64,000 nt of DNA from a virus (lineage: Duplodnaviria; Caudoviricetes), in the IMG/VR virus record IMGVR_UViG_3300035491_000281. One strand, 5' to 3'. Shown here piece after piece: positions 28,317-37,908 of this stretch (the stretch's first letter is position 1; every line of letters begins with the position of its first letter). The notes under the pieces were generated by a model. That model saw only the letters and a program-made list of their open reading frames with translations. It searched no databases and had not been told where the DNA came from. The position numbers and the translations under genes are program-made.

Positions 28317-29885
28317 ATGCATCTTGAGGTTACGCAAATCCAGGGTAGTGGCTTTACCGAGGTCGCCGCAGTCCACAAAGGCGAACGCCTGGTGTGGTCG
28401 GTGGGCACCTACGGCAAGGTCAAGCTCAATGACCCGCTGCGGGTGTTCGATGAAATCAACGCCTACTGGGCATGGATGGGGGCGGACGTTCAGGAGAAAG
28501 TCTGGGAGCAGTACAAAGAGCTCAAGCATTACCTAGAGCAGGTCATGGACCCGTTCCACATCAGCAAGTACCTGCGCCGGCACATCGTACTGATGTATCA
28601 GGCCATGCCACTGGACAGCTTCTCCAAGTGGTTGCTGACCCGCGGTAACCTGTATATCCCCTCGGACATTCAGGACACCATCACCGCCGACGCTCATTAC
28701 AACAACGCTGAGCAGACCTACCTCAAAGCCGATTACATCAACCTGGCGGCATTGTCGCTGGCGTTACGTCCGATGTTGCCGGTGTGGGGGGAATACATCG
28801 ACCAGGGTGGTCAGGGTGTGGGTAACGACCTCTACAAGGAAATGGAGGCAGTCGGACTGATCAACGAAACGGAGATCACCAATTGGCCGGTTGATAACCC
28901 CGCGTTCGACAAGCTGCACAACTACATCCGTATCACCACCGAGGACACACCGATCACCCTGGGTCGGTTGTGGGAGGGGATGGGGAGTGCCGAGATCCCG
29001 ATCTGGCTACAGGCCAAGGTTTTGGTTCGGCGTCTGACCATTGTGCCGCTCTGCGACCACAGCGCCACCCACTCGATCATTGCCAACGTCTACCGTTACG
29101 TCAAGTCCAACCTCAAACCCACCGATCGCCGTACCACGGACCGGGTCAATGAGAAGCGCCCAGAGGGCGAAGGCCGCGACGAAGATGACAAGACCTCCCT
29201 GCTCGAAGGCTACAAGGTCAAGCAACGCATTGCCCATGGCGACGCTGTGCTGTTCACGGTGTTCAGTGAGAACATGGCAGGGCTCGCGCAACGAGTCGAT
29301 CCCACGGTCGACCTGAAGCTACTGGACCGGACTATCGAGGTTTTGCCGGATGTGGCCAAGGTCCAGATCCATGAACACCAGATTCGTCTGGCGCAATGGG
29401 TGTTGGCCAAAGCCTATTCGCCGCGGGCGTTCTATCATATTCCCAAGGCCGCAGTCAATCGCCTGCTGGCCACGGCACAAGCACTGCTTTGGCACTGGGG
29501 GTACATGGACATCGCTTGCCTGTTGCAGGTGGAGCGGATCAACACCACCGATCAGGAGATCCCTGGGATCACGCAACAACCGCGGTCGAGTACGAGGATT
29601 TCACGCAAGTACGTGGATGAATTGATGCTCCTGTATCCGCACGTCAAGCCACAGAAAGCCAAAGCGAACGATCCGGAAGGCTCGACCCGCAATGGCAATG
29701 TCGCCGCCCTTGGCATCAACAACCTCACTCGCCTGATCATGGCGGGTAACTGGTACTACCATGGCCCCCGGGAACTGCGTAAATTGGCAGGTCAACCGGA
29801 AGGTCGGGGATTGCTAGTGGTTGCTCCTACTATAAAAAGCAGAATCACCGAGCTGGTCATTGATCTGGCCAAACTCAACCGTTAA
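28317..29885 (+). CDS. nvRNAP promoter-specificity (sigma-like) subunit (phiKZ gp68-like)
   Basis: ATG 28317 with GAGG SD gives 522 aa. Size and position in the gp67-gp71 block fit. Confidence 0.72.
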   Translation: MHLEVTQIQGSGFTEVAAVHKGERLVWSVGTYGKVKLNDPLRVFDEINAYWAWMGADVQEKVWEQYKELKHYLEQVMDPFHISKYLRRHIVLMYQAMPLDSFSKWLLTRGNLYIPSDIQDTITADAHYNNAEQTYLKADYINLAALSLALRPMLPVWGEYIDQGGQGVGNDLYKEMEAVGLINETEITNWPVDNPAFDKLHNYIRITTEDTPITLGRLWEGMGSAEIPIWLQAKVLVRRLTIVPLCDHSATHSIIANVYRYVKSNLKPTDRRTTDRVNEKRPEGEGRDEDDKTSLLEGYKVKQRIAHGDAVLFTVFSENMAGLAQRVDPTVDLKLLDRTIEVLPDVAKVQIHEHQIRLAQWVLAKAYSPRAFYHIPKAAVNRLLATAQALLWHWGYMDIACLLQVERINTTDQEIPGITQQPRSSTRISRKYVDELMLLYPHVKPQKAKANDPEGSTRNGNVAALGINNLTRLIMAGNWYYHGPRELRKLAGQPEGRGLLVVAPTIKSRITELVIDLAKLNR

Positions 29886-29912
29886 CGATTGCAGTAAGAG
29901 ACGAGGTGTAAC

Positions 29913-31520
29913 ATGTTCGGTCACCAAAATGCCGAAGTCCATATCGTGGATTTTATCCTGACCCAGACCGGGACCTATCAGGAGCAAGGTCTGCGTCCAT
30001 TCGAGACTCACATCGAAGCTCACCACATCGATGAACTGGTTCGTAACACCCGGGGTGGGCAAAACCTCGGTGTGGCGGCGGTGGAGTCGGTAGCTGGCGA
30101 AATCATCCGCCCGCAGGCCACGGTGGAAGCGCCGGTCAACATCGCCCACGGCTGGCGTTCGCGCCGGTTCCGCTTCCTGATGCGTGTGGTTGAGCGCCAC
30201 CCCTTCGCCGGGACCGCCACCCAGCGTGTCTACTTCGGGTATACTGACCAGTGCGACGCATCCTTTAATCACCTTGATCCGAACATGCGGATCTACTTCA
30301 ACTCCGAGACCATCGTCAACGACTTCATCCGCCAGACCCCCAACGGCCCGGTGGTGGAGGCGCAAGTCATCGGCGCCAATCAGATCGTGTCCCCGCTGGA
30401 CATGTCGGGTGATGTTCCGGCTAATGGCTACTACCATAAGCCAACAGCGTTCCTGATCCGCCCTGAGGATGTTTTCGGGGTGGGACAGACCCAGCACATG
30501 GCACAGATGATGGCGGCCACGGGACAGTTCCCGGGCGGTTTCGATGTCACCTACGATGCCCGCAACATGGTAGGGCAGGGTGGGGCCTACAAGTATTCGC
30601 GCCGCCGTGACACTGCCCCGTCGCGGTATCTGTCCGATACCCTGCAGGCTTACAACCATGCCATCAGCGAAGCGCGGATGAGTGAGGACGAGAACCTGGT
30701 GAATGACCGGGACCTGATTTACGGTGAGGCCCAGAGCCATGCTGCGAACCAGGACATCCACAAGAACCTGTTCTTTGCCAAACTCAAGGACGGCGCCGGC
30801 TTCATGGAGCGCGGCTTTGTCACCCTGGCCGACCTGCAACGGATTTGTCCGGAGCTGAACAGACCCGGCGTGCTCAACTACTCGTTGGATGACGGCCGTT
30901 CTATCCGCCAGGTGAACTTTGCCGAGCAAAGCGAGCAGTGGATGGGTTCGGATCGCATGACCCTTGCGGCATCGACCCTGGCCCAGGTGGTACCCTCGAT
31001 CATGATGGATAACTTTATCCGTTCGATCAGCTTCGCTGTGACTAACGGTCGGGGTTTGGGGGACTACGCCATCCATCTGCACGAACACAGCACCCGTAGT
31101 GTGGTGGACAACCTCCCGATGATTCCGTATCTGACGGAGTTCCAGCGTCGCCTGGTAACCGACGCCTTGAACACCATTACCCACCACAACCAAATCGGTT
31201 TTCAGATCAGCATGGCCAGCGACTTGGCCGGAGACAGTGTGATCGACATCTCGCTTGATGGTGAACCCGTACGCCGGTACGTGGCACCCACCTTCAGCGA
31301 TTCGTTGTTCGCGCCGATTATCACCCACCGTCGTGACCTGCCGAACCTGATCTCCAACGACCTGATGTTCCTGGTCGAGAACGCCGTCCCGGCTCAGCGC
31401 CAGGCCCAGCCGATCATGACCCAGCCGCACCAGGCCTACCACCAGCAACCCAGCGCCTACCCGGGCGTGAGCATTCCCCAGCAAGGACCTTCTTATGACA
31501 ACGATTCAGGACTTCTATAA
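29913..31520 (+). CDS. picA: PicA/Imp1-like nuclear protein import factor (phiKZ gp69-like)
   Basis: 535 aa directly after the gp68-like gene, with a Q/P-rich tail. Assignment rests on synteny. Confidence 0.65.
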   Translation: MFGHQNAEVHIVDFILTQTGTYQEQGLRPFETHIEAHHIDELVRNTRGGQNLGVAAVESVAGEIIRPQATVEAPVNIAHGWRSRRFRFLMRVVERHPFAGTATQRVYFGYTDQCDASFNHLDPNMRIYFNSETIVNDFIRQTPNGPVVEAQVIGANQIVSPLDMSGDVPANGYYHKPTAFLIRPEDVFGVGQTQHMAQMMAATGQFPGGFDVTYDARNMVGQGGAYKYSRRRDTAPSRYLSDTLQAYNHAISEARMSEDENLVNDRDLIYGEAQSHAANQDIHKNLFFAKLKDGAGFMERGFVTLADLQRICPELNRPGVLNYSLDDGRSIRQVNFAEQSEQWMGSDRMTLAASTLAQVVPSIMMDNFIRSISFAVTNGRGLGDYAIHLHEHSTRSVVDNLPMIPYLTEFQRRLVTDALNTITHHNQIGFQISMASDLAGDSVIDISLDGEPVRRYVAPTFSDSLFAPIITHRRDLPNLISNDLMFLVENAVPAQRQAQPIMTQPHQAYHQQPSAYPGVSIPQQGPSYDNDSGLL

Positions 31521-32853
31521 GCACGTACTCTCGGCGCTGCGCTACCGCGTGGATGACGAGGGGCTGATCAGCTTCATGGCGCCGGACGGCACCGTGATTC
31601 CGGCCAGCGTGGACAAGCGGCGGTTGGTCTTGCCGACGGATGCGTGGCTGCGTAAGGGCTTCACCGAGGACCTACAGCCGTTCCATCCGCTGTCGGAAAG
31701 CATTGCCCGCCGCGCCGCCTCGCCGGTGTTGGTGCACATGCAGCGTACTGCTCGGGCAGTATTGGCTCACAACTTCCTGGAGTTGGCCACCCGCTTGTTG
31801 GCGGTGGCAGCGGAGCCCAGCCTGCACAAGGACTTGCCGCCAGCGTGCGGCGAGTACCTGAAGAAGGTGCCGCATGCCGACAAGAAAACGCTGGCTGCCT
31901 TCGAACAGCTGACCGAAAAGGCCATGGCCAAGAATCAGCTGATCACCCTCTACCTGAAAAACGGCGGTAAGTATGACGGCAAGAAGGTCAATCGTCTCTG
32001 CGTGATTCGCTTCCCGCTGATGGACCTGCTGGAAGGTGATGACGATGCGCCGCTCGGCGTGAAGCTGCGCAAGAAGGACAAGCAAACCCTGCATGCGCTG
32101 CTGCACCACATCATGCCGTTCGGTGACAGTCCGGAGGAGTACAGTGCCGGTTCGGATTCCCGGATCGCGCCGTTCTTCGACGCCTTCCTGCGCGCGTACA
32201 CCAAGGCGGCCACGCAGCAGAACAAGATCATCAATCGCTACGCCAAGGCGATGGACATGAGCTTGTCTCCGCTGCCGCTGGATTACTTGGAAGAGCTGGA
32301 GAATCTCGGGCAGTTCTACGAAAAGATCCCGGCCCTGCGCGGTAACCAAGGCGGCATCAATGAGGAGGACGAAACGACCCCGGCGCCACAACCGCAAGCT
32401 GCACCCGCGGCACGTCAACAAGCGGCTACGGCTCCGGCACGTCCTGCGGTAGAAACCCGCCCGGCGACCAGGCAGGAAGCAGAGGCGTCGGGTAAGGCAA
32501 CGGTGTCGGTCAAGGACTTCCTTAACAGTACCCGCCCACCGCAGCCACCGGCGTACCCGCAACAGCCCCAACAGCCGTATGGTGCGTATCAGCAGCCCGC
32601 TGGCTACAGTCCGTATGGTCAACCACAACAACCCAACCGCTACGCGGCCTATCCGGTAACCGACCCACGCCGTCCGGCTTGGCTCGGCGGTCAGCCGCAA
32701 CAACCCCAGCAACCGGCGAACCCGTTCGCACAAGCGTTCGCCACCACCCAAGCGCCGCAGCAACCGACAGGCTATCAAATGCCTTACGGCCAACCGCCTG
32801 CCGCCGCCCAGAACCTGCCGTGGAATAACGGTCAGGACTCCGGTCGGCTGTAA
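31495..32853 (+). CDS. Conserved core protein (gp70-like) with a long Q/P/Y-rich disordered C-terminus
   Basis: AAGGA SD; folded N-terminal part of ~285 aa followed by a low-complexity tail. Confidence 0.7.
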   Translation: MTTIQDFYKHVLSALRYRVDDEGLISFMAPDGTVIPASVDKRRLVLPTDAWLRKGFTEDLQPFHPLSESIARRAASPVLVHMQRTARAVLAHNFLELATRLLAVAAEPSLHKDLPPACGEYLKKVPHADKKTLAAFEQLTEKAMAKNQLITLYLKNGGKYDGKKVNRLCVIRFPLMDLLEGDDDAPLGVKLRKKDKQTLHALLHHIMPFGDSPEEYSAGSDSRIAPFFDAFLRAYTKAATQQNKIINRYAKAMDMSLSPLPLDYLEELENLGQFYEKIPALRGNQGGINEEDETTPAPQPQAAPAARQQAATAPARPAVETRPATRQEAEASGKATVSVKDFLNSTRPPQPPAYPQQPQQPYGAYQQPAGYSPYGQPQQPNRYAAYPVTDPRRPAWLGGQPQQPQQPANPFAQAFATTQAPQQPTGYQMPYGQPPAAAQNLPWNNGQDSGRL

Positions 32854-32874
32854 GCAACCCTAAGCTACGGCATA

Positions 32875-32907
32875 GGGGGAGTCCCGTTGGGGACTCCTCC
32901 TTTTTTT
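32875..32907 (+). terminator. Intrinsic terminator
   Basis: GGAGTCCC-GTTG-GGGACTCC followed by TCCTTTTTTT. Confidence 0.75.
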
Positions 32908-32914
32908 GTTGCAA

Positions 32915-33280
32915 CTACCGCCGTGTAGTGAGGTACAAGGTGCGTAGATCACTGATCATTTCCGTCGGTGGTCGGCGTAGCTGGAACCGTTGCTCCTTGA
33001 TGTACGGATCGCGGAGTTGACGACCAAACTGATTAGGGCTTTCCATGCCGTTGACGCGCAGATAAATCCAGTGCAGTTCCATCCCCACGCCCAGCTCACC
33101 CAGCAGTCCGTAAAAGTCGCCTTCGTATTGGTGCAATTTGTCAGGACTGATGGCGCTGCGCTGAGTGGCCGGGTGGTTGCGCAGGAGCGTCAGGTGGGTT
33201 TCGATCACCGTGCGGAAACCGGGTTCGTAATAAACGGTGTCGCCAGGATCGCCCGCCAAGGCGTGAACAGAGAATACCAT
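32915..33280 (-). CDS. Small protein, possibly T4 gp53/LysM-like baseplate wedge component
   Basis: GDFYGLL...LHWIYLRVNGMESP resembles the gp53/LysM-type W-I-x-x-x-N-x-x-x-x-P pattern; inferred. Confidence 0.45.
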   Translation of the reverse strand: MVFSVHALAGDPGDTVYYEPGFRTVIETHLTLLRNHPATQRSAISPDKLHQYEGDFYGLLGELGVGMELHWIYLRVNGMESPNQFGRQLRDPYIKEQRFQLRRPPTEMISDLRTLYLTTRR

Positions 33281-33301
33281 GTCAGGGCTCCTAAAAGCAT
33301 T

Positions 33302-33315
33302 GAGATCTATATCAT
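33302..33315 (+). promoter_or_regulatory. Putative early promoter GAGATCTATATCAT
   Basis: Consensus copy 36 nt upstream of the nvRNAP beta ATG at 33352. Confidence 0.6.
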
Positions 33316-33351
33316 CGCTTGTGGAGTCACTTCAGTAAAAAGGCACTTAGC

Positions 33352-34530
33352 ATGACCGAGCGTATACGTAAAGAGATTGGAGTTGACCTGTTGGGGGTTA
33401 ACGCCATCGATCCATGGTTTCGCAACTCGTCGAGTCCGCGTAAAACCATGATGGCCTCGCACATCGGCCAGAGTCCGATGGTTGACGGCAACGAGCCACG
33501 CCGGAACTTCACCGGGGTGGAAACCGAATACTCGAAGTACACCTTCGATATCAAACTACCCTGCGATGCAACGATCCTCAAGATCATTCGCAAATACCCC
33601 ACCGGTATCGGCGCCGACGCCATTCGGCATAACCCGCTGACCACCATCATCTACGAGGACTTCAACGACCCGCACAAAAGCATCGGGGTGCTACATGTGC
33701 CGGACTTTGCCTCCTTCCATCAGGACTTCGGCTTTCCTTACAAGCGCCGTAGTGATGTCTGGGAACGCCTGGCGCCGGGGGCGTATATTGCCGAGGGCGA
33801 GGTGTTGGCCGCCTCGCCGGCGGTGCGGGAGAACGGTCAGTACGGCATGGGAATCGAGGCCGAAGCGGCGTTCATGTCATTGCCTGGAACCATCGAGGAC
33901 GGCTTCATTGTCTCCGAGAGTTTTCTCAAGCGCATGACTCCCACCACTTACAACACCCTGGTGGGGAACTGGGGTCGCAAGGCCTTCCCATTGAACCTGT
34001 ACGGGGACGACACCCATTACAAACCCTTCCCCGATATCGGCGATAGGATTCGCGAAGACGGGTTGGTGTTCGCCCTGCGTGAGATCGACGACGACCTGGG
34101 TGTGGCCGAGATGACCCCGCGTGCTCTGCGCTGCGTGGATCACGCCTTTGATCGCCCGCTGTACGGTAAGCCGGGTTCGGTGGTGGTGGATATCAATGTC
34201 TACCACGATGATCGGTTGAACCCGTCGTGGACGCCGGTGGGTATGGATACCCAGGCGCGCAAGTACTACGACGCCCAGGTGCAGTATTACCGCACCCTAC
34301 TGGAGGAGTATCAGCGCCTACGTAAGCGCCGCGGTGCGGGGTTGGTGATCACTCAGGAATTCAACACTCTATTGGTGGAAGCCCAGCTGTTTTTGCCGGT
34401 GGCGATGGACAAGCGCAAGCTGTCGCGCATGTACCGCCTGGAACCATTGGACGAGTGGCGTGTGGAGGTCACGTATGAAACCAAGATGACGTCAGGAGTC
34501 GGTTTTAAGTTTACTGATTTTCATGGTGGT
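33352..34530 (+). CDS. nvRNAP beta C-terminal subunit, exon 1 (phiKZ gp71-like)
   Basis: Beta motifs SSPRKTMMASHIGQ and GTIEDGFIVSESF. Ends at GFKFTDFHGG, the first half of the K..RHG.KG motif. Confidence 0.88.
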
Positions 34531-34894
34531 AATTAATTGCCTCTCTTGCCAGTAACGGCTAGAGATTATTCCTCTAATTGCGGGGATGCCCTTAGAGTCA
34601 CACTCACCAACCCGACGCAGGAAACTCGTCGAGGGGCCAGTCTAACTAACTGGGTATGGTAACAGTAGTGTGGATTGGGTGATCCGCAGCGAAGTCTCTA
34701 CATATTGCTGAGAAGCAAGATACGAGAAACGTTCAACGACTAACCGCTTACCACGGTGTAGGAGTCAGTGACTCCGAAATGGGGAACTCCCGAACAGCTT
34801 GGCTGAGGGAGAAGATATAGTCTGCTCCTGTGGGAAACCACAGGCGGGTGTCGTTGCACACCGGCTTGGTCTAACGAACCAAGTGGACAAAAGG
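34531..34894 (+). ncRNA. Group I self-splicing intron (364 nt, no homing endonuclease ORF)
   Basis: 5' exon ends in U and the intron ends in G. P AATTGCGGGGAT 34576, Q GATCCGCAGC 34681, R TTCAACGACTAA 34732, S AAGATATAGTC 34812. P7 GACTA/TAGTC; P9 CCTGTGG-GAAA-CCACAGG. Removal restores DFHGG|KGVDCK in frame. Confidence 0.92.
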
Positions 34895-35881
34895 AAAGGC
34901 GTTGACTGCAAGACAGTGCCTGATGACCACATGCCGGTCGACGAAAACGGTAACCGGGCCGACGTGATCATCTACGGTGGTTCGACCATCAAACGCATGA
35001 ACATCGGCCGTCTCTACGAGCAGTTCATCAACGCCGCCAGCCGCGACCTAACCCAAAAGGTGCGGGTCCAAGCGGGGCTGCAGCCCAAGCTGCAACCGAC
35101 CCAGTTCCAGCTGAGCAAGCTCAAAGAGCAACCGCAACTGGTAGAGGCGATCTGGGATCAGTTGCTGCGCTACTACGCCATCGTCGCCCCCCTGCAGTAT
35201 GACCTGCTGTATCGGGACGATGATCACTACCGGCACGTAGCGGCGGTGCTGCGCGATGGCATCTATCTGTACATTCCGCCGGACAACCCGGTCAACAACC
35301 TGGAAATGGTTAAGCAGCTCCGCGAAAGCGAGTTTTGCCCACACTATGGAAAGGTGACCTACCGCGACAACGCCGGGAAGGTGGTGACCACCGCCAACCA
35401 GGTATTGATCGGTAGCCTGTACATGATGATGCTGGAGAAAACCGGCGAGGACTGGTCCGGAGTGGCGTCGGTGAAAACCAACCACTTCGGGGTCCCCTCC
35501 AAACTCAACAACTACGACAAGCAGACCACCCCGGGTCGTCAGGCACCGGTGCGGGCTCTGGGTGAGTCGGAAACCCGTTCGTACATCTGTACGGTGGGAC
35601 CGCAAGCCACCGTCGAGTTGTTGGACCAGTCCAACAGTCCGGAAGCGCACATGAACGCGACCGAGAATATCCTCAAGGCTGCAAAGCCAACCGATATCGA
35701 CAAGGTGGTGGACCGGACCAAGGTTCCCTACGGTGGCTCACGCCCGGTGGCCTTCACCGAGCACTTGCTGGCCTGCCGGGGACTGAGGTTCCGCTACGCT
35801 CCAGACACCGATAACGGTGATATGGAGTACACCCCATCGATGGATGAGCTCTATGCCGATCAAGAAGGAGGTCTTCTGTAA
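34895..35881 (+). CDS. nvRNAP beta C-terminal subunit, exon 2 (phiKZ gp73-like)
   Basis: KGV...HMPVDENGNRADVII...KRMNIGRL, GSLYMMMLEKT and RALGESETR are beta conserved regions. Spliced product is 721 aa. Confidence 0.9.
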   Translation, partial: KGVDCKTVPDDHMPVDENGNRADVIIYGGSTIKRMNIGRLYEQFINAASRDLTQKVRVQAGLQPKLQPTQFQLSKLKEQPQLVEAIWDQLLRYYAIVAPLQYDLLYRDDDHYRHVAAVLRDGIYLYIPPDNPVNNLEMVKQLRESEFCPHYGKVTYRDNAGKVVTTANQVLIGSLYMMMLEKTGEDWSGVASVKTNHFGVPSKLNNYDKQTTPGRQAPVRALGESETRSYICTVGPQATVELLDQSNSPEAHMNATENILKAAKPTDIDKVVDRTKVPYGGSRPVAFTEHLLACRGLRFRYAPDTDNGDMEYTPSMDELYADQEGGLL

Positions 35882-37858
35882 ATGAACCGTTATCATGCAC
35901 GCGATCTCTTGGCGTTGGATGCCGATGTCCTCTGGGCACTGCCGGAAGAACGCCATGTCGTGGTGTTCGACGACGGCGAGGTGGTGACGCACACCCGCGC
36001 TACCATCACCTCGGTCTACCTCTGGGAACCGCTGCGGCAGTTCCCGGATGTCCCGCTGTCGAGTCGTTTTCACCTGGGCGACAAACGCTTCACCAGTAAG
36101 TCCATGCTCAAACAGATCAATACCGTGATCTGGGCGATCCACAGCTTCCGTAACGAAGAAGTCGATCCGGAGTTGCTGGCTAAACTGGCTTTCCAGACCG
36201 TAAACCGGTTCTACAACGAATTCACGGTACGGTTGTCGGCGTTCCCAGCGACGTTGTCGATGTTCGACGTCTTGGACGTCATGTACCACCCCCAAATCAA
36301 GGAGGCGAACGAGAAGGTCGAACCAACGCAGTACTCGATCGAGGAGGTCTGCTACAAGCAGATCAAGGATGTGTTCAACGATCAGACTCAGCTGCGCGGT
36401 AACCCGTTGGCCGAGGCGATCCGTTCGGGTACGCTGAAGATGGATCAGATGCTGCAGTGTGTGGGTCCCCGGGGGTTCATGACCGACATCGATTCCACCA
36501 TTTTCCCGGAGCCGATCACCAAAGGCTACGTGGAAGGGATCGACTCACTGCACGACGCCATGATCGAATCGCGCTCCGGCTCCAAGTCGTTGCTGTATAA
36601 CAAGGAGCTGCTGCGCGATACCGAGTACTTCAACCGCAAGACCCAGCTGATCGCCCAGTACGTGCAGCGTCTGCATCCCGGTGATTGCGGCGGTCAACCG
36701 ATTGACTTCCCCGTCATGGAAAGCCTGCTCAAGACTCTGCGTGGCAAGTACCATGTGGTGAACGGCAAACTGGAAGTACTCAACGGCGATGAGAAACACC
36801 TGATCGGTCAGCGGATCAAGCTGCGTTCGGTGTTGGGGTGCCGGCATCCCGATCCGTCGGGTATCTGCGCGGTGTGCTACGGGCGCCTGTCCTACAGCGT
36901 ACCCCGTGGCACCAACATCGGTCACATCAGTGCGGTCAGCATGGGGGACAAGATCACCTCCAGTGTGTTGTCGACCAAGCATTTGGATTCGACCTCACGG
37001 GTGGAGAAATTCAACCTCGGTAAGACTGAAGCCAAGTACTTGCGTTACCGCGATCAGGACGAGCAGGACCTGTACCTGAAGCGGGAACTCAAGGGCAAGT
37101 CGAAGCGGATTGTGGTATTCCGCAACGAAGTGCAGAGCTTGGTGGACATCTTGATGCTGTCCAGTCTGGAAGACTACCCGGTGGGTAACGCCAGCAACCT
37201 GACCATGATGCAGATCATTGTCGATGAGGGCGACGAAGGGCAGACCAGCGAATTGCTGCGGGTATCGTTGTACAACCGCAAGTCCAGTTTCTCGAAAGAG
37301 CTGCTGGAGCATATCGCCAAGGTAGGTTGGTCGCATGACGCCAAGGACAACGTGGTGATTGACATCACCACCTTCGATGTCAGCAAACCCTTCCTGTCGT
37401 TGCCTTTCAAGCACGTTAACATGTACGAGGTGATGAAACGCATTCAAAGCTTCCTGCATTCGGGTAGTGACACTGAAACCAAACGCTTAGGAGAACGTGG
37501 GGACGATAGCAACCGTGGTCGCAAGAACTTCCTGAAGAACTACAAAGATCCGGTCGAGGCCTTGGTGGTGTTTGCCACCATGCTGAACGAAAAGCTCAGC
37601 ATCAACCTCGTCCACTGCGAAGTTCTGGTATACGCTATGATGGTTAGGTCCGCCACTCAGCGGGATTACCGACTGCCAATTCCGGGGATCTCTGGCGTGT
37701 TTGAGAAATACAACACGCTGATGATGAACCGGAGCCTGGCCGATGCCATGGCGTTTGAGAAGCAGGATAGGCCGTTGATCAATCCTGGCAGTTTCATTTA
37801 TACCAAGCGCAACGACCACCCCTATGACCTAGTCATGTTGGGAGGTCGACTGACTTAG
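35882..37858 (+). CDS. nvRNAP beta' C-terminal subunit (phiKZ gp74-like)
   Basis: GDCGG, Zn motif LRSVLGC...ICAVCYG and SVLSTKH; abuts the beta gene. Confidence 0.88.
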   Translation: MNRYHARDLLALDADVLWALPEERHVVVFDDGEVVTHTRATITSVYLWEPLRQFPDVPLSSRFHLGDKRFTSKSMLKQINTVIWAIHSFRNEEVDPELLAKLAFQTVNRFYNEFTVRLSAFPATLSMFDVLDVMYHPQIKEANEKVEPTQYSIEEVCYKQIKDVFNDQTQLRGNPLAEAIRSGTLKMDQMLQCVGPRGFMTDIDSTIFPEPITKGYVEGIDSLHDAMIESRSGSKSLLYNKELLRDTEYFNRKTQLIAQYVQRLHPGDCGGQPIDFPVMESLLKTLRGKYHVVNGKLEVLNGDEKHLIGQRIKLRSVLGCRHPDPSGICAVCYGRLSYSVPRGTNIGHISAVSMGDKITSSVLSTKHLDSTSRVEKFNLGKTEAKYLRYRDQDEQDLYLKRELKGKSKRIVVFRNEVQSLVDILMLSSLEDYPVGNASNLTMMQIIVDEGDEGQTSELLRVSLYNRKSSFSKELLEHIAKVGWSHDAKDNVVIDITTFDVSKPFLSLPFKHVNMYEVMKRIQSFLHSGSDTETKRLGERGDDSNRGRKNFLKNYKDPVEALVVFATMLNEKLSINLVHCEVLVYAMMVRSATQRDYRLPIPGISGVFEKYNTLMMNRSLADAMAFEKQDRPLINPGSFIYTKRNDHPYDLVMLGGRLT

Positions 37859-37908
37859 GCATGGGAGGGACGGATGGGGGTCTTCGGGCCCCCTAACCGT
37901 AAGATACA

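Noticed and set aside
34799-34894. N-terminal 32 codons of the 34799 ORF
   Set aside because: This stretch lies inside the group I intron (S element, P9). True coding resumes at 34895.
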